Positions 8,945 to 17,255 of a stretch of DNA of 32,000 nt are shown here, piece after piece. The notes beneath the pieces were generated by a model. The model did no database searches, was not told the origin of the DNA, and saw only the letters and a list, made by a program, of their open reading frames with translations. Both the position numbers and the translations under genes were made by a program. Source of the stretch: Pseudomonas aeruginosa (lineage in GTDB: Bacteria; Pseudomonadota; Gammaproteobacteria; Pseudomonadales; Pseudomonadaceae); assembly GCF_001457615.1 (NCBI RefSeq), contig NZ_LN831024.1:5790001-5822000 (forward strand), given 5' to 3'. Within the stretch, counting starts at the first letter, position 1, and every line of letters begins with the position of its first letter.

Positions 8945-8972
8945 AATAAAACAGACTGCGTGTGAGCTGATT

Positions 8973-10333
8973 ATGTCCGCAATTTTCGCTGAACGTGCGT
9001 TGCTGCCGGAAGGCTGGGCGCGAAATGTCCGTTTCGAGATTTCCGCGGACGGAGTCCTCACCGAGATTCGTCCCGACGCCAACGCCGACGGCGCCGAACG
9101 CCTCGGCGGCGCCGTGCTGCCGGGGATGCCCAACCTCCATTCGCACGCGTTCCAGCGCGCCATGGCCGGGCTCGCCGAAGTCGCCGGCAATCCCAACGAC
9201 AGTTTCTGGACCTGGCGCGAGCTGATGTACCGGATGGTCGCTCGGCTGTCGCCGGAACAGATCGAGGTCATCGCCCGCCAGCTCTATATCGAGATGCTCA
9301 AGGCCGGCTACACGGCGGTGGCGGAATTCCACTACGTCCATCACGACCTCGACGGCCGCTCCTACGCCGACCCCGCCGAACTTTCCCTGCGCATCTCCCG
9401 CGCCGCCAGCGCCGCCGGCATCGGCCTGACCCTGCTTCCCGTGCTTTACAGCCACGCAGGCTTCGGCGGCCAGCCGGCCAGCGAGGGCCAGCGGCGCTTC
9501 ATCAATGGCAGCGAGGCCTACCTGGAACTGCTCCAGCGCCTGCGCGCGCCGCTGGACGCGGCAGGCCACTCCTTAGGCCTGTGCTTCCACTCCCTGCGCG
9601 CGGTGACTCCGCAGCAGATCGCCACGGTCCTCGCCGCCGGCCACGGCGACCTGCCGGTCCACATCCATATCGCCGAACAGCAGAAGGAAGTCGATGACTG
9701 CCTGGCCTGGAGCGGACGCCGGCCGTTGCAATGGCTGTACGAGAACGTCGCGGTCGACCAGCGCTGGTGCCTGGTCCATGCGACCCACGCCGCCCCGGCG
9801 AGGTGGCGGCGATGGCGCGTAGCGGCGCGGTGGCCGGCCTGTGCCTGAGCACCGAGGCCAACCTCGGCGACGGCATCTTCCCGGCGACGGACTTCCTCGC
9901 CCAGGGCGGGCGCCTGGGCATCGGCTCGGACAGCCACGTCTCGCTCAGCGTGGTCGAGGAACTCCGCTGGCTGGAATACGGCCAGCGCCTGCGCGACCGG
10001 AAACGCAACCGGCTGCACCGCGACGACCAGCCGATGATCGGCCGCACGCTCTACGACGCTGCGCTGGCTGGCGGCGCCCAGGCCCTTGGGCAGCCGATCG
10101 GTAGCCTCGCCGTGGGCCGCCGCGCCGACCTGCTGGTGCTCGACGGCAACGACCCCTACCTGGCCAGCGCCGAGGGCGACGCCCTGCTCAACCGCTGGCT
10201 GTTCGCCGGCGGCGACCGCCAGGTGCGCGACGTGATGGTGGCCGGCAGATGGGTGGTGCGCGACGGCCGGCATGCCGGGGAAGAACGCAGCGCACGGGCG
10301 TTCGTCCAGGTGCTGGGGGAACTGCTCGACTGA
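8973..10333 (+). pseudogene. hutF: Formiminoglutamate deiminase (amidohydrolase superfamily) interrupted by a net -1 frameshift near 9789-9800
   Basis: The N-terminal part is in the frame of ATG 8973 (MSAIFAERALLPEGW...LHSHAFQRAMAG...WCLVHATHA) and stops at 9846-9848. The C-terminal part is in track ORF 9731..10333 (GEVAAMARSGAVAGLCLSTEANLGDG...IGSDSHV...VLGELLD). The span is 1361 nt (3n+2), so one extra base would give 453 codons. Confidence 0.8.
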
Positions 10334-10446
10334 CCCTGCGCAGCGGCGGACAACCGCGTTGCGCTTATCCGCCCCACTCGTTCGAGCCGTCGGGCGCTAA
10401 ACGCCGATACTTCCCACGCCAGCCGCCAGGCGTGAACGGCGCTGGA

Positions 10447-10471
10447 AAGAAAAAACGCCCCGGCGGGCGTT
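10447..10471 (-). terminator. Rho-independent terminator after blc
   Basis: Minus-sense RNA reads aacgccc-gccg-gggcguu followed by uuuuuucuuu, beginning 4 nt after the blc stop (10475-10477). Confidence 0.75.
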
Positions 10472-10474
10472 CCT

Positions 10475-11044
10475 TCACTGGCTCCGCTTCAACTGGCCGT
10501 CGGGTACCCGCCAGATCAGTTCGTCCACCGCGTAACCGCGGCTGCGAGCTTCTTCCAGCAGACGTTCGCGGGTCTGCTGCGAAACCTGCGGGGTACGCGA
10601 CAGCAGCCACAGGTATTCACGGTTCGGATTGCCCACCAGCGCGGTACGGTAGTCGTCGTCCACCGCCAGCACCCAATAGTCGCCGCGCGCCACGTTGGGG
10701 AAGAGATTGGCGAACCAGTTGTCGAAGCGCACCCACAACTTGTCGGTGCGACCCGGCTGCTGGGCGACCGCCCGCCCCGCCACCTGCTCCCAGTCGCCAT
10801 CCAGGGTCAGGCAGCGATTGATCACCTGGATGCTCTGGTCTTCCTGCAAGCGGTAATGCGCCTCCGATTGCGCGCAGTTGCGCTGGAAGAACATCGGCAA
10901 GCGCGCCAGTTCGTACCAGGTGCCCTGGTAGCGCTGGAGGTCGACCTGCTCGGTGGCCGGCGGATTCTTCGGCGAGCCCGCGCAACCGACCAGCAGCAAG
11001 CCCAGCCACAGGGTGCAGAGCACCCGGATCGGCAGACCGATCAC
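10475..11044 (-). CDS. blc: Outer-membrane lipocalin lipoprotein
   Basis: ORF 10475..11155. I place the start at GTG 11044, which overlaps the upstream stop in a GTGA arrangement. This gives MIGLPIRVLCTLWLGLLLVGC with a lipobox (LVGC), followed by the lipocalin motif YQGTWYELARLP. Length 189 aa. Confidence 0.88.
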   Translation of the reverse strand: MIGLPIRVLCTLWLGLLLVGCAGSPKNPPATEQVDLQRYQGTWYELARLPMFFQRNCAQSEAHYRLQEDQSIQVINRCLTLDGDWEQVAGRAVAQQPGRTDKLWVRFDNWFANLFPNVARGDYWVLAVDDDYRTALVGNPNREYLWLLSRTPQVSQQTRERLLEEARSRGYAVDELIWRVPDGQLKRSQ

Positions 11045-11298
11045 TTGAGCCCCTGGCCGGAGAAGAGCAGCGCCTTGTCGGCCGCGTACTGCACGCTGAT
11101 GAAAGCCTTCTCGTCGCCCCAGGTGCAACTGGACATGCCCAGCGCGCCGGAGCACTCGGTGGGCTTGCCGAGGATCGCCTCGACCTCGGCCTTGCTCATG
11201 CCGGCCTTGAGCTTGGAATAGTTTTCCTGGTTGATCTTGCTGCAGGCGGCCAGGACGACGCAGAAAGCGACCACGGCCAGGGTACGGAACGACGCCAT
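11041..11298 (-). CDS. Small lipoprotein of unknown function (85 aa)
   Basis: ORF 11041..11343. ATG 11298 is preceded by AAGGAG. The signal peptide MASFRTLAVVAFCVVLAAC carries a lipobox (LAAC). The mature part begins SKINQENYSKLKAGMSKAEVEAILG. Confidence 0.85.
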   Translation of the reverse strand: MASFRTLAVVAFCVVLAACSKINQENYSKLKAGMSKAEVEAILGKPTECSGALGMSSCTWGDEKAFISVQYAADKALLFSGQGLK

Positions 11299-11370
11299 GA
11301 GGAACTCCTTGTTCGGGGGAAGCGCTGCCCTACAGCTTGGCACACGCGGGGGAAATCCGGAGCCTTGGAG

Positions 11371-11973
11371 TCAGAAACGCGAACCGGGTTCCCTGAGGAA
11401 CGCCGTCTCCTCCTCGCTGGAGGGGCGGCCGAGAATGGCGTTGCGATGGGGAAAGCGACCGAAGCGGGCGACTACCGCATGATGCCGCTCGGCATAGTCG
11501 TAGAAATCGTCGAAGGGCTTGCGCACGCTGCCACCGACCTGATCGCGCAGGTCGCGGAAGCAGGCTACCGCCCGCTCCTGGCTGGGCAGGTCCTCGGCGT
11601 GCTCCAGGACCAGGTAGGCGAACACCCGGCGCACCGGCGGCAACTGGCGGTCGAAGCCTTTTTCCAGGCCCTCGCGCACCACCCGTTGCGCCCGGGCGTC
11701 GCCGGCGTAGGCGCGCGGCGTGTCGCGGTAGATCATCCGCGGCAACTGGTCGAGCAACAGGATCAGCGCCAGCCAGCCATCGGCCTCGGCCGTCCACTCC
11801 TGCAAGCCGCCGTCCAGCGCCTGGTTCACCAGGTCGCCGAAACGGCCGCCGGCATCGGCGTCCTGGCAGACGTTCTTGCCGAACCACAGGCCGTTGCGCT
11901 GGGCAACCACCTCGGCGGCATCGCTGGAGGTGCCGAACCACCAGTCGAGCAAGGTCTCCCAGGGCGCGCTCAT
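11371..11973 (-). CDS. DUF924-family protein
   Basis: ORF 11371..12042. ATG 11973 lies 4 nt after the fbp stop, with GGAG inside the fbp 3' end. Sequence MSAPWETLLDWWFG...GLWFGKN...FGRFPHRNAILGR, where RFPHRN is the family signature as I recall it. Confidence 0.85.
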   Translation of the reverse strand: MSAPWETLLDWWFGTSSDAAEVVAQRNGLWFGKNVCQDADAGGRFGDLVNQALDGGLQEWTAEADGWLALILLLDQLPRMIYRDTPRAYAGDARAQRVVREGLEKGFDRQLPPVRRVFAYLVLEHAEDLPSQERAVACFRDLRDQVGGSVRKPFDDFYDYAERHHAVVARFGRFPHRNAILGRPSSEEETAFLREPGSRF

Positions 11974-11977
11974 CGGC

Positions 11978-12988
11978 CTACTCCGCGTGGTAGCCGGTGA
12001 TGCGCTCGACTTCCTGCTTCGAGCCGAGGAACACCGCGACACGCTGGTGCAGGTTCTCCGGCTTGATGTCGAGGATGCGCTGGGTGCCGTTGGTGGCGGC
12101 GCCGCCGGCCTGCTCGATGATGAACGACATCGGGTTGGCTTCGTACATCAGGCGCAGCTTGCCGGGCTTCTCCGGCTCGCGGGCGTCGCGCGGGTACATG
12201 AAGACGCCGCCACGGGTCAGGATGCGGTGGACGTCGGCGACCATCGAGGCGATCCAGCGCATGTTGTAGTTCTTGCCCAGCGGGCCTTCCTTGCCGGCCA
12301 GCAGTTCTTCCACGTAGCGTTTCACCGGCGCTTCCCAGTGGCGCTGGTTGGACATGTTGATGGCGAACTCGGCGGTGCTTTCCGGCACGCTGATGTTGTC
12401 GTGGGTGAGGACGAAGCTGCCCAGCTCGCGATCCAGGGTGAAGCCCTTGACGCCATTGCCGAGGGTCAGCATCAGCATGGTCTGCGGGCCGTAGATGGCG
12501 TAGCCGGCGGCGACCTGGGTGGTGCCCGGCTGGAGGAAGGCTTCCTCGCGCAGGGTATCGTTCTGGTTCAGGTACTCGTTGGGGCAGCGCAGCACCGAGA
12601 AGATGGTGCCGACCGAGACGTTGACGTCGATGTTGCTGGAGCCGTCCAGCGGGTCGAAGACCAACAGGTAGGCGCCTTTCGGATAGCGCCCCGGAATCTG
12701 GTAGGGGTGGTCCATCTCCTCGGAGGCCATGCCGGCCAGGTTGCCGGCCCATTCGTTGGCTTCCAGCAGGATCTCGTTGGACATCACGTCCAGCTTCTTC
12801 TGCACCTCGCCCTGCACGTTCTCGGTGCCCATGCTGCCGAGCACGCCGCCCAGCGCGCCCTTGGACACCGCATGGCTGATTTCCTTGCAGGCACGCGCCA
12901 CGACCTCGATGAGGAAGCGCAGGTCGGCCGGGGTGTTGTGGCTGCGGGTCTGCTCGATCAGATAGCGGCTCAGGGTAACGCGGGACAT
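11978..12988 (-). CDS. fbp: Fructose-1,6-bisphosphatase class I
   Basis: ORF 11978..13045. ATG 12988 is preceded by GGAG, giving [41 protein letters not shown] and 336 aa. It carries the FBPase motifs [10 protein letters not shown] and [12 protein letters not shown]. Confidence 0.95.
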   Translation of the reverse strand: MSRVTLSRYLIEQTRSHNTPADLRFLIEVVARACKEISHAVSKGALGGVLGSMGTENVQGEVQKKLDVMSNEILLEANEWAGNLAGMASEEMDHPYQIPGRYPKGAYLLVFDPLDGSSNIDVNVSVGTIFSVLRCPNEYLNQNDTLREEAFLQPGTTQVAAGYAIYGPQTMLMLTLGNGVKGFTLDRELGSFVLTHDNISVPESTAEFAINMSNQRHWEAPVKRYVEELLAGKEGPLGKNYNMRWIASMVADVHRILTRGGVFMYPRDAREPEKPGKLRLMYEANPMSFIIEQAGGAATNGTQRILDIKPENLHQRVAVFLGSKQEVERITGYHAE

Positions 12989-13127
12989 GGATGGCTCCGG
13001 AGAGAGGAAAAAACCCGCGCAGTTTAACGCGGAATTGGCGGTCACGCTTGACTCCGCGCAACCGCCGGTTGGAGATCGGCGGCGGTGGCGCGGTTCATTT
13101 CCGCGGCGCGCAGCCGATCGACGGTCG

Positions 13128-13658
13128 TCAGCCGCGTCCCATCTCGCCGTTCAGGCTGGCCTGGACGATTTCCACCCAGTAGCCGTCGGGATCGCTGATG
13201 AAGGCCACGTTCTTCATGCCTCGGTCCAGCGGCTTGACGAAGTTCACCCCGAGCGTCTCGAAACGCTCGCAGGCCGCCACCAGGTCGGGCACCGAGAAGC
13301 AGATGTGGCCGAACCCGCGCGGGTCCTGGTTGCCGTTGTGGTACTGGCTGTCGTCGCTCTCGCTGCCCCAGTTGTGGGTCAGCTCGAGGACCGACTGGCG
13401 TCCGAAGGTATATCGCTGGCGCTCGTCAACCGCATCAGGCACTTCTTCGCCACGGGTCATGGCGAGGAAATACAGGGAGAAGCGGCCTTCCTCGAAATCC
13501 AGGCGACGCAGCAGGCGCATGCCGAGCACCCGCGAGTAGAAGTCGAGCGAGCGCTTCGGATCCTTGACCCGCAACATGGTGTGGTTGAACACGTATTCCT
13601 GGGTGATGGCGTCCGGCTCCATGCAGATGCCGGGCTGTACTTCGGTGTTGAAACTCAT
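13128..13658 (-). CDS. gloA3: Lactoylglutathione lyase (glyoxalase I), long eukaryote-like type
   Basis: ORF 13128..13658, ATG start with GAGGGA SD, 176 aa. Sequence [26 protein letters not shown]...GFGHICFSV...GYWVEI. Confidence 0.9.
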   Translation of the reverse strand: MSFNTEVQPGICMEPDAITQEYVFNHTMLRVKDPKRSLDFYSRVLGMRLLRRLDFEEGRFSLYFLAMTRGEEVPDAVDERQRYTFGRQSVLELTHNWGSESDDSQYHNGNQDPRGFGHICFSVPDLVAACERFETLGVNFVKPLDRGMKNVAFISDPDGYWVEIVQASLNGEMGRG

Positions 13659-13782
13659 CGGGCGATTCCCTCGAACGAAACGGATCGGCAGTGTATGGCG
13701 GTCGACCGGGCGGCGAGTAACAGCGGGGTACTACTCTCTTGATGCCGGCGCGCGCCGATCGTTCCGTCGACGGGAAACGCGA

Positions 13783-13803
13783 CCGGCGCCGACCGGGCGC
13801 CGG
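13783..13803 (-). terminator. Possible terminator hairpin after estA (weak U-tract)
   Basis: 8-bp GC stem ccggcgcc / ggcgccgg with a 5-nt loop, starting 9 nt after the estA stop. Minus-sense RNA continues ucgcguuuccc. Confidence 0.4.
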
Positions 13804-13811
13804 CCGCCGTT

Positions 13812-15752
13812 TCAGAAGTCCAGGCTCAGCGCCAGGCTGACGCTCTGCTGGGTATCGTCCTCGCCCTTGCGCCAGTTGTAGCCGCCGCGCAGCGACAGCT
13901 CCGGCGCCAGCTTCTGGCTGAAGCCGAGTGAGACGCGGTTGAGATGGTCCTGCGGGGTGTAGCCTTCGAGGGTGAAGCGATTGCCCGGCAGGCTGTTGAG
14001 GGACATGGTCAGGTCCTGGGTGTCGTCCTCGTACTCACGTTCGTGGGCGTACTCGGCGAACAGCTGGGTATCGCTGCCGAACGCGTACTTGCCTTGCAGG
14101 CCGGCGCCCAGGCGCTTCGAGCTGCGCTTCTGGTCGTCGTAGTCGAGCGCGGTGGCGCTGGCGCCCTTCTCGGAATAGCCGTCGACCTCGACCCGTGCAT
14201 AGTCGGCGCTGACGAACGGCGACAGGTGCCAGGGACTGTCGGCCTGCTGGGCGATGTCGTAGCCCAGGCGCGCGCTGAACGCCCACAGGTGGCCGTTGGT
14301 GTCGCCTTTCTCGCTGCGCTCGCCGCCGCCCAGGGCGAACTTGCGCTTCAGGTCGTCGTAGTCGAGGTAGCCGCCGGTCAACGCCGCGTCGGCCCACCAG
14401 CGGTTTTCCTGGTACTGCACGAAGGCGCTGGCCATGTAGCTGTTCATCCGGTAGTCGGAATCCTTGGCGCCGGCTTCCAGCTTCTGCCGGTAGAAACCGG
14501 CGGCGACCCCGGCGCGCCAGGCCTCGTCGATGCGGTAGCTGCCACCAAGGGTCAGGTTGTAGCCGTTGCCGTCGCCGCTGGCGGCGCTGTCCTGGGAGTC
14601 GAAGTCCAGGCGCTGGCCACCGCCGCCGACGAAGCCGCGCCACTGGCCGACGTTCTGCCAGTTCTCCCAGTCCGCCTGCCACTGGCTGCGCAGTTCGTCC
14701 TGGTAGGCACGCAGGGTGCCGTGGGCCATTTCCGGCAGCAGGGTCAGCTCCCAGGGCGCCGACAGCAGCGAATAGGTGTAGTCGGCGATCAGGCGCTGGC
14801 CGGTGATGGTCGGGTGCACGCTGTCGTTGAACAGCAGTTTGCTCGGGTCGGGCGTGCTGCCGTTGATCCCGTAGGTCGGGTTCATGGTACAGCCGTTGCC
14901 GCTGAAACAGGTGCCGATCAGGTTCTGGTCGGCGGCCAGGCCGAAGGAAGCCGGGTTGGCCATGCCTTCCTTGAGCAGCAGCGGGATGTTCAACGGAATG
15001 ACGTTGGCGCCGGCCTGGCTCAACTGGGCGGTCAGCTCGGCGTTGAACGTGCCGCTGAGTTGGCTGGCGAAAGGCTGCAAGGGACCACCGAAGGTAGCCG
15101 GGGTCAGGCCCAGGTCGGGCAACAGCCAGACCACGATGTAGCGCGCGCCGGCCTGCTGCAGGGCCTGCACGCTATCCACCAGGCGACCGGCGGCCTGTTG
15201 TGCCTGGAGGTCGTTGAGGATGCGCCCCTGGAGGAAGTCGTTGCCGCCGCCGGTGATGTAGTACAACGCGTTCGGATCGGCACCCAGGCCCTGGCGGGCA
15301 CGGTCCACCAGGTAGCCATCGCGGCTGCGCAGGAGGGTATTGTCGCGCTCGATCAGCGAGCCGTTGGCCGCGGTGATCGAGTCGTAGATCTGGTCGGTCC
15401 GGTAGCCGCCCACCGCCCAGTTGTTGCCGTCGGCGATGCCCTGCTGGGCGTTGACCGGCGAGGTCGAGGCAGCCAGGTCGCCCGGGGCGATGCCGAGCTG
15501 ATTGCCGAGCAGCATGGGCGCGGTCGGTCCGAAGATCTCGCCGCTGCCGTTCTGGTAGGTCGGGCCGACCCGGTTGGTGAAACGCGAGGTGCTTCCGGCG
15601 GGGCCGGCAGGATCGGGGAACTGCCCGGCATCGCTGAGGCTGTCGCCGAACACCACCAGCGTCGAATAGGGCGAAGGAGCAGCCTGCGGGGCGGTGGACA
15701 GCGAAGCCAGCAGGCAGGCCGCTACCAGTGGCTTGAGCGCCATTCTGATCAT
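13812..15752 (-). CDS. estA: GDSL-esterase autotransporter
   Basis: ORF 13812..15803. ATG 15752 follows GGAG, giving [26 protein letters not shown] (signal peptide). It has the GDSL block [11 protein letters not shown] and a C-terminal beta-barrel ending LALSLDF. Length 646 aa. Confidence 0.95.
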   Translation of the reverse strand: MIRMALKPLVAACLLASLSTAPQAAPSPYSTLVVFGDSLSDAGQFPDPAGPAGSTSRFTNRVGPTYQNGSGEIFGPTAPMLLGNQLGIAPGDLAASTSPVNAQQGIADGNNWAVGGYRTDQIYDSITAANGSLIERDNTLLRSRDGYLVDRARQGLGADPNALYYITGGGNDFLQGRILNDLQAQQAAGRLVDSVQALQQAGARYIVVWLLPDLGLTPATFGGPLQPFASQLSGTFNAELTAQLSQAGANVIPLNIPLLLKEGMANPASFGLAADQNLIGTCFSGNGCTMNPTYGINGSTPDPSKLLFNDSVHPTITGQRLIADYTYSLLSAPWELTLLPEMAHGTLRAYQDELRSQWQADWENWQNVGQWRGFVGGGGQRLDFDSQDSAASGDGNGYNLTLGGSYRIDEAWRAGVAAGFYRQKLEAGAKDSDYRMNSYMASAFVQYQENRWWADAALTGGYLDYDDLKRKFALGGGERSEKGDTNGHLWAFSARLGYDIAQQADSPWHLSPFVSADYARVEVDGYSEKGASATALDYDDQKRSSKRLGAGLQGKYAFGSDTQLFAEYAHEREYEDDTQDLTMSLNSLPGNRFTLEGYTPQDHLNRVSLGFSQKLAPELSLRGGYNWRKGEDDTQQSVSLALSLDF

Positions 15753-15860
15753 TCTCTTACTCCGTGATTTGTTTTTATTGTCGGGCCGCCGCGTCGTCGG
15801 CATGCGCCCCGGGGCCCGTCGTAAAGCCTCCTCAGCCGAACAGCATAGCGCGGAACCGGC

Positions 15861-17255
15861 TCATGGCTTGTTCGGCGAGGAACGCAGCAGGCTCATTGCC
15901 ATTATTACCAGCAGAGCGACCCCCAGCAGAAGTACCGCCCACAGGCCGATCTTCTTCCAGTCGCTACCCGGTGCCGGCGCCGCGGCCGCCATGGCCACCT
16001 CCAGCGGTTCGCCCAGGCTGGCGCTACCCAGGGTGGCGCGCTTGCTCTCGGTATAGCCGGGAATCAGTACGCCGAGCGGCAGCGCCGCCGACTGCGCGCC
16101 GGGCTTGCCGAACGCCAGCCGGTACGGCGGGCTGCCGCGCACCAGGAACACCAGTTCGCTGGCCGGCAAGCCGACACTCAGGGACGGGACCTCCGGGCCC
16201 AGGCCGGTACCTCGTTGGTCCACCTGCAGACGCAGCTCGCGCACCGCCCAGCCCGGCAGTTCCAGCTCGTTCTGCCGTACGTTGCGGCCGTCGATCGGCA
16301 GCCGGTAGAGAACCCCGCGTGCCAGGCTGCTCCAGGCGGCCTCCCGGCGCGGCGAAGCGTTCTCCGTACGATCACGGCCGGACAGTTCCACCGGGACGAT
16401 GGTGTGGGTCAGCGCCTGCTCCAGGGACACCCGCACCCGCTGCAACGGCAACGCCAGCGGCAACTGCCAGCGGTACTCGCCGTCCCCCGCCTGGCGCCCG
16501 GCCAGCGGCTCGGACCAGATCATCGGCGCCGGCTCGGTGCTCCGCGTGCTGCCTTGCAGGCGGGCGCCTTGGAGGTCTGCCGCGGTTGCCCCGGCCGGCC
16601 AGGCCAGACGCAGGTAGCGGGCCTGGCGGCCGGGAAGCTTGACCTCGCTGACGTCGATGCGTTCGCCGTTGAAGGTCAAGCGGGCGATCTGTCCGTCACC
16701 CCAGGCCTGCCAATGCTCGAGGTCGTCGCTGGCTTCCACGGAGAAGCGCTGGAAGCCCTCCTCCGGGCTGCTCCAGTCCAGCCGCAGGCGCTCCAGGGGA
16801 AACGTCACCGCGCTCGCGTCGATCAGCCAGCCGCGCAAAGTCTCGGCAGCCGGCCCGGCGTTTTCCGGCAGCACCTCGACTATGGTGCCGCTGGTGTTGC
16901 GCTGCACCCGCAGGTTCGGTTGCGTCGCGTCGGCGGCGGACGTGCCTCGCAACGGGAACAGCCGCACCTCGGCCTCATGCGGCGTGCTGGCCTGGCGCTC
17001 GCTGCCGGCCACCAGGGCGTAGGGCAAGGCCTCGCCTTCGGCATCGAAGACCCGCAGGTCGCGCAGGTCGGCATGGGCAGCCGACAACTGCACGCTCATC
17101 GGGATGCTCAGGCGATACCAGGGACCTTCGCCCTGCAGCGACAGCGCCACCTGGCGGCTGAAACCTTCGGCAGACTCCTTCGCCGACAGCGGCAGGGACA
17201 GGCAGGCGCCCAGCAGGAGCAGGCCGGCGGTTCTGAACGAAAAGGAGCGCGTCAT
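15861..17255 (-). CDS. DUF3999-family exported protein with a C-terminal membrane anchor
   Basis: This is the C-terminal 464 codons of track ORF 15861..18359. ATG 17255 overlaps the upstream stop (ATGA). It has a signal peptide (MTRSFSFRTAGLLLLGACLSLPLSAKE) and a C-terminal TM segment (WKKIGLWAVLLLGVALLVIMAMSLL). Confidence 0.85.
   Translation of the reverse strand: MTRSFSFRTAGLLLLGACLSLPLSAKESAEGFSRQVALSLQGEGPWYRLSIPMSVQLSAAHADLRDLRVFDAEGEALPYALVAGSERQASTPHEAEVRLFPLRGTSAADATQPNLRVQRNTSGTIVEVLPENAGPAAETLRGWLIDASAVTFPLERLRLDWSSPEEGFQRFSVEASDDLEHWQAWGDGQIARLTFNGERIDVSEVKLPGRQARYLRLAWPAGATAADLQGARLQGSTRSTEPAPMIWSEPLAGRQAGDGEYRWQLPLALPLQRVRVSLEQALTHTIVPVELSGRDRTENASPRREAAWSSLARGVLYRLPIDGRNVRQNELELPGWAVRELRLQVDQRGTGLGPEVPSLSVGLPASELVFLVRGSPPYRLAFGKPGAQSAALPLGVLIPGYTESKRATLGSASLGEPLEVAMAAAAPAPGSDWKKIGLWAVLLLGVALLVIMAMSLLRSSPNKP

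Noticed and set aside
8124-9569. Upstream 480 codons of track ORF 7533..9569
   Set aside because: Only the last 196 codons (HutD) are real. The extension overlaps hutC out of frame and hutF in antisense.
9785-9800. Possible programmed ribosomal frameshift in hutF
   Set aside because: Restoring the frame would need a +1 shift. There is no slippery heptamer, rare or stop codon, or downstream structure of the known +1 types. A mutation or assembly indel is simpler.
13005-13040. Short hairpin ccgcg-N8-cgcgg followed (minus sense) by a T-run just upstream of the fbp RBS, possibly a gloA3 terminator
   Set aside because: The stem is only 5 bp with an 8-nt loop, and it lies about 20 nt from the fbp start codon. 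That leaves no room for an fbp promoter downstream of it.
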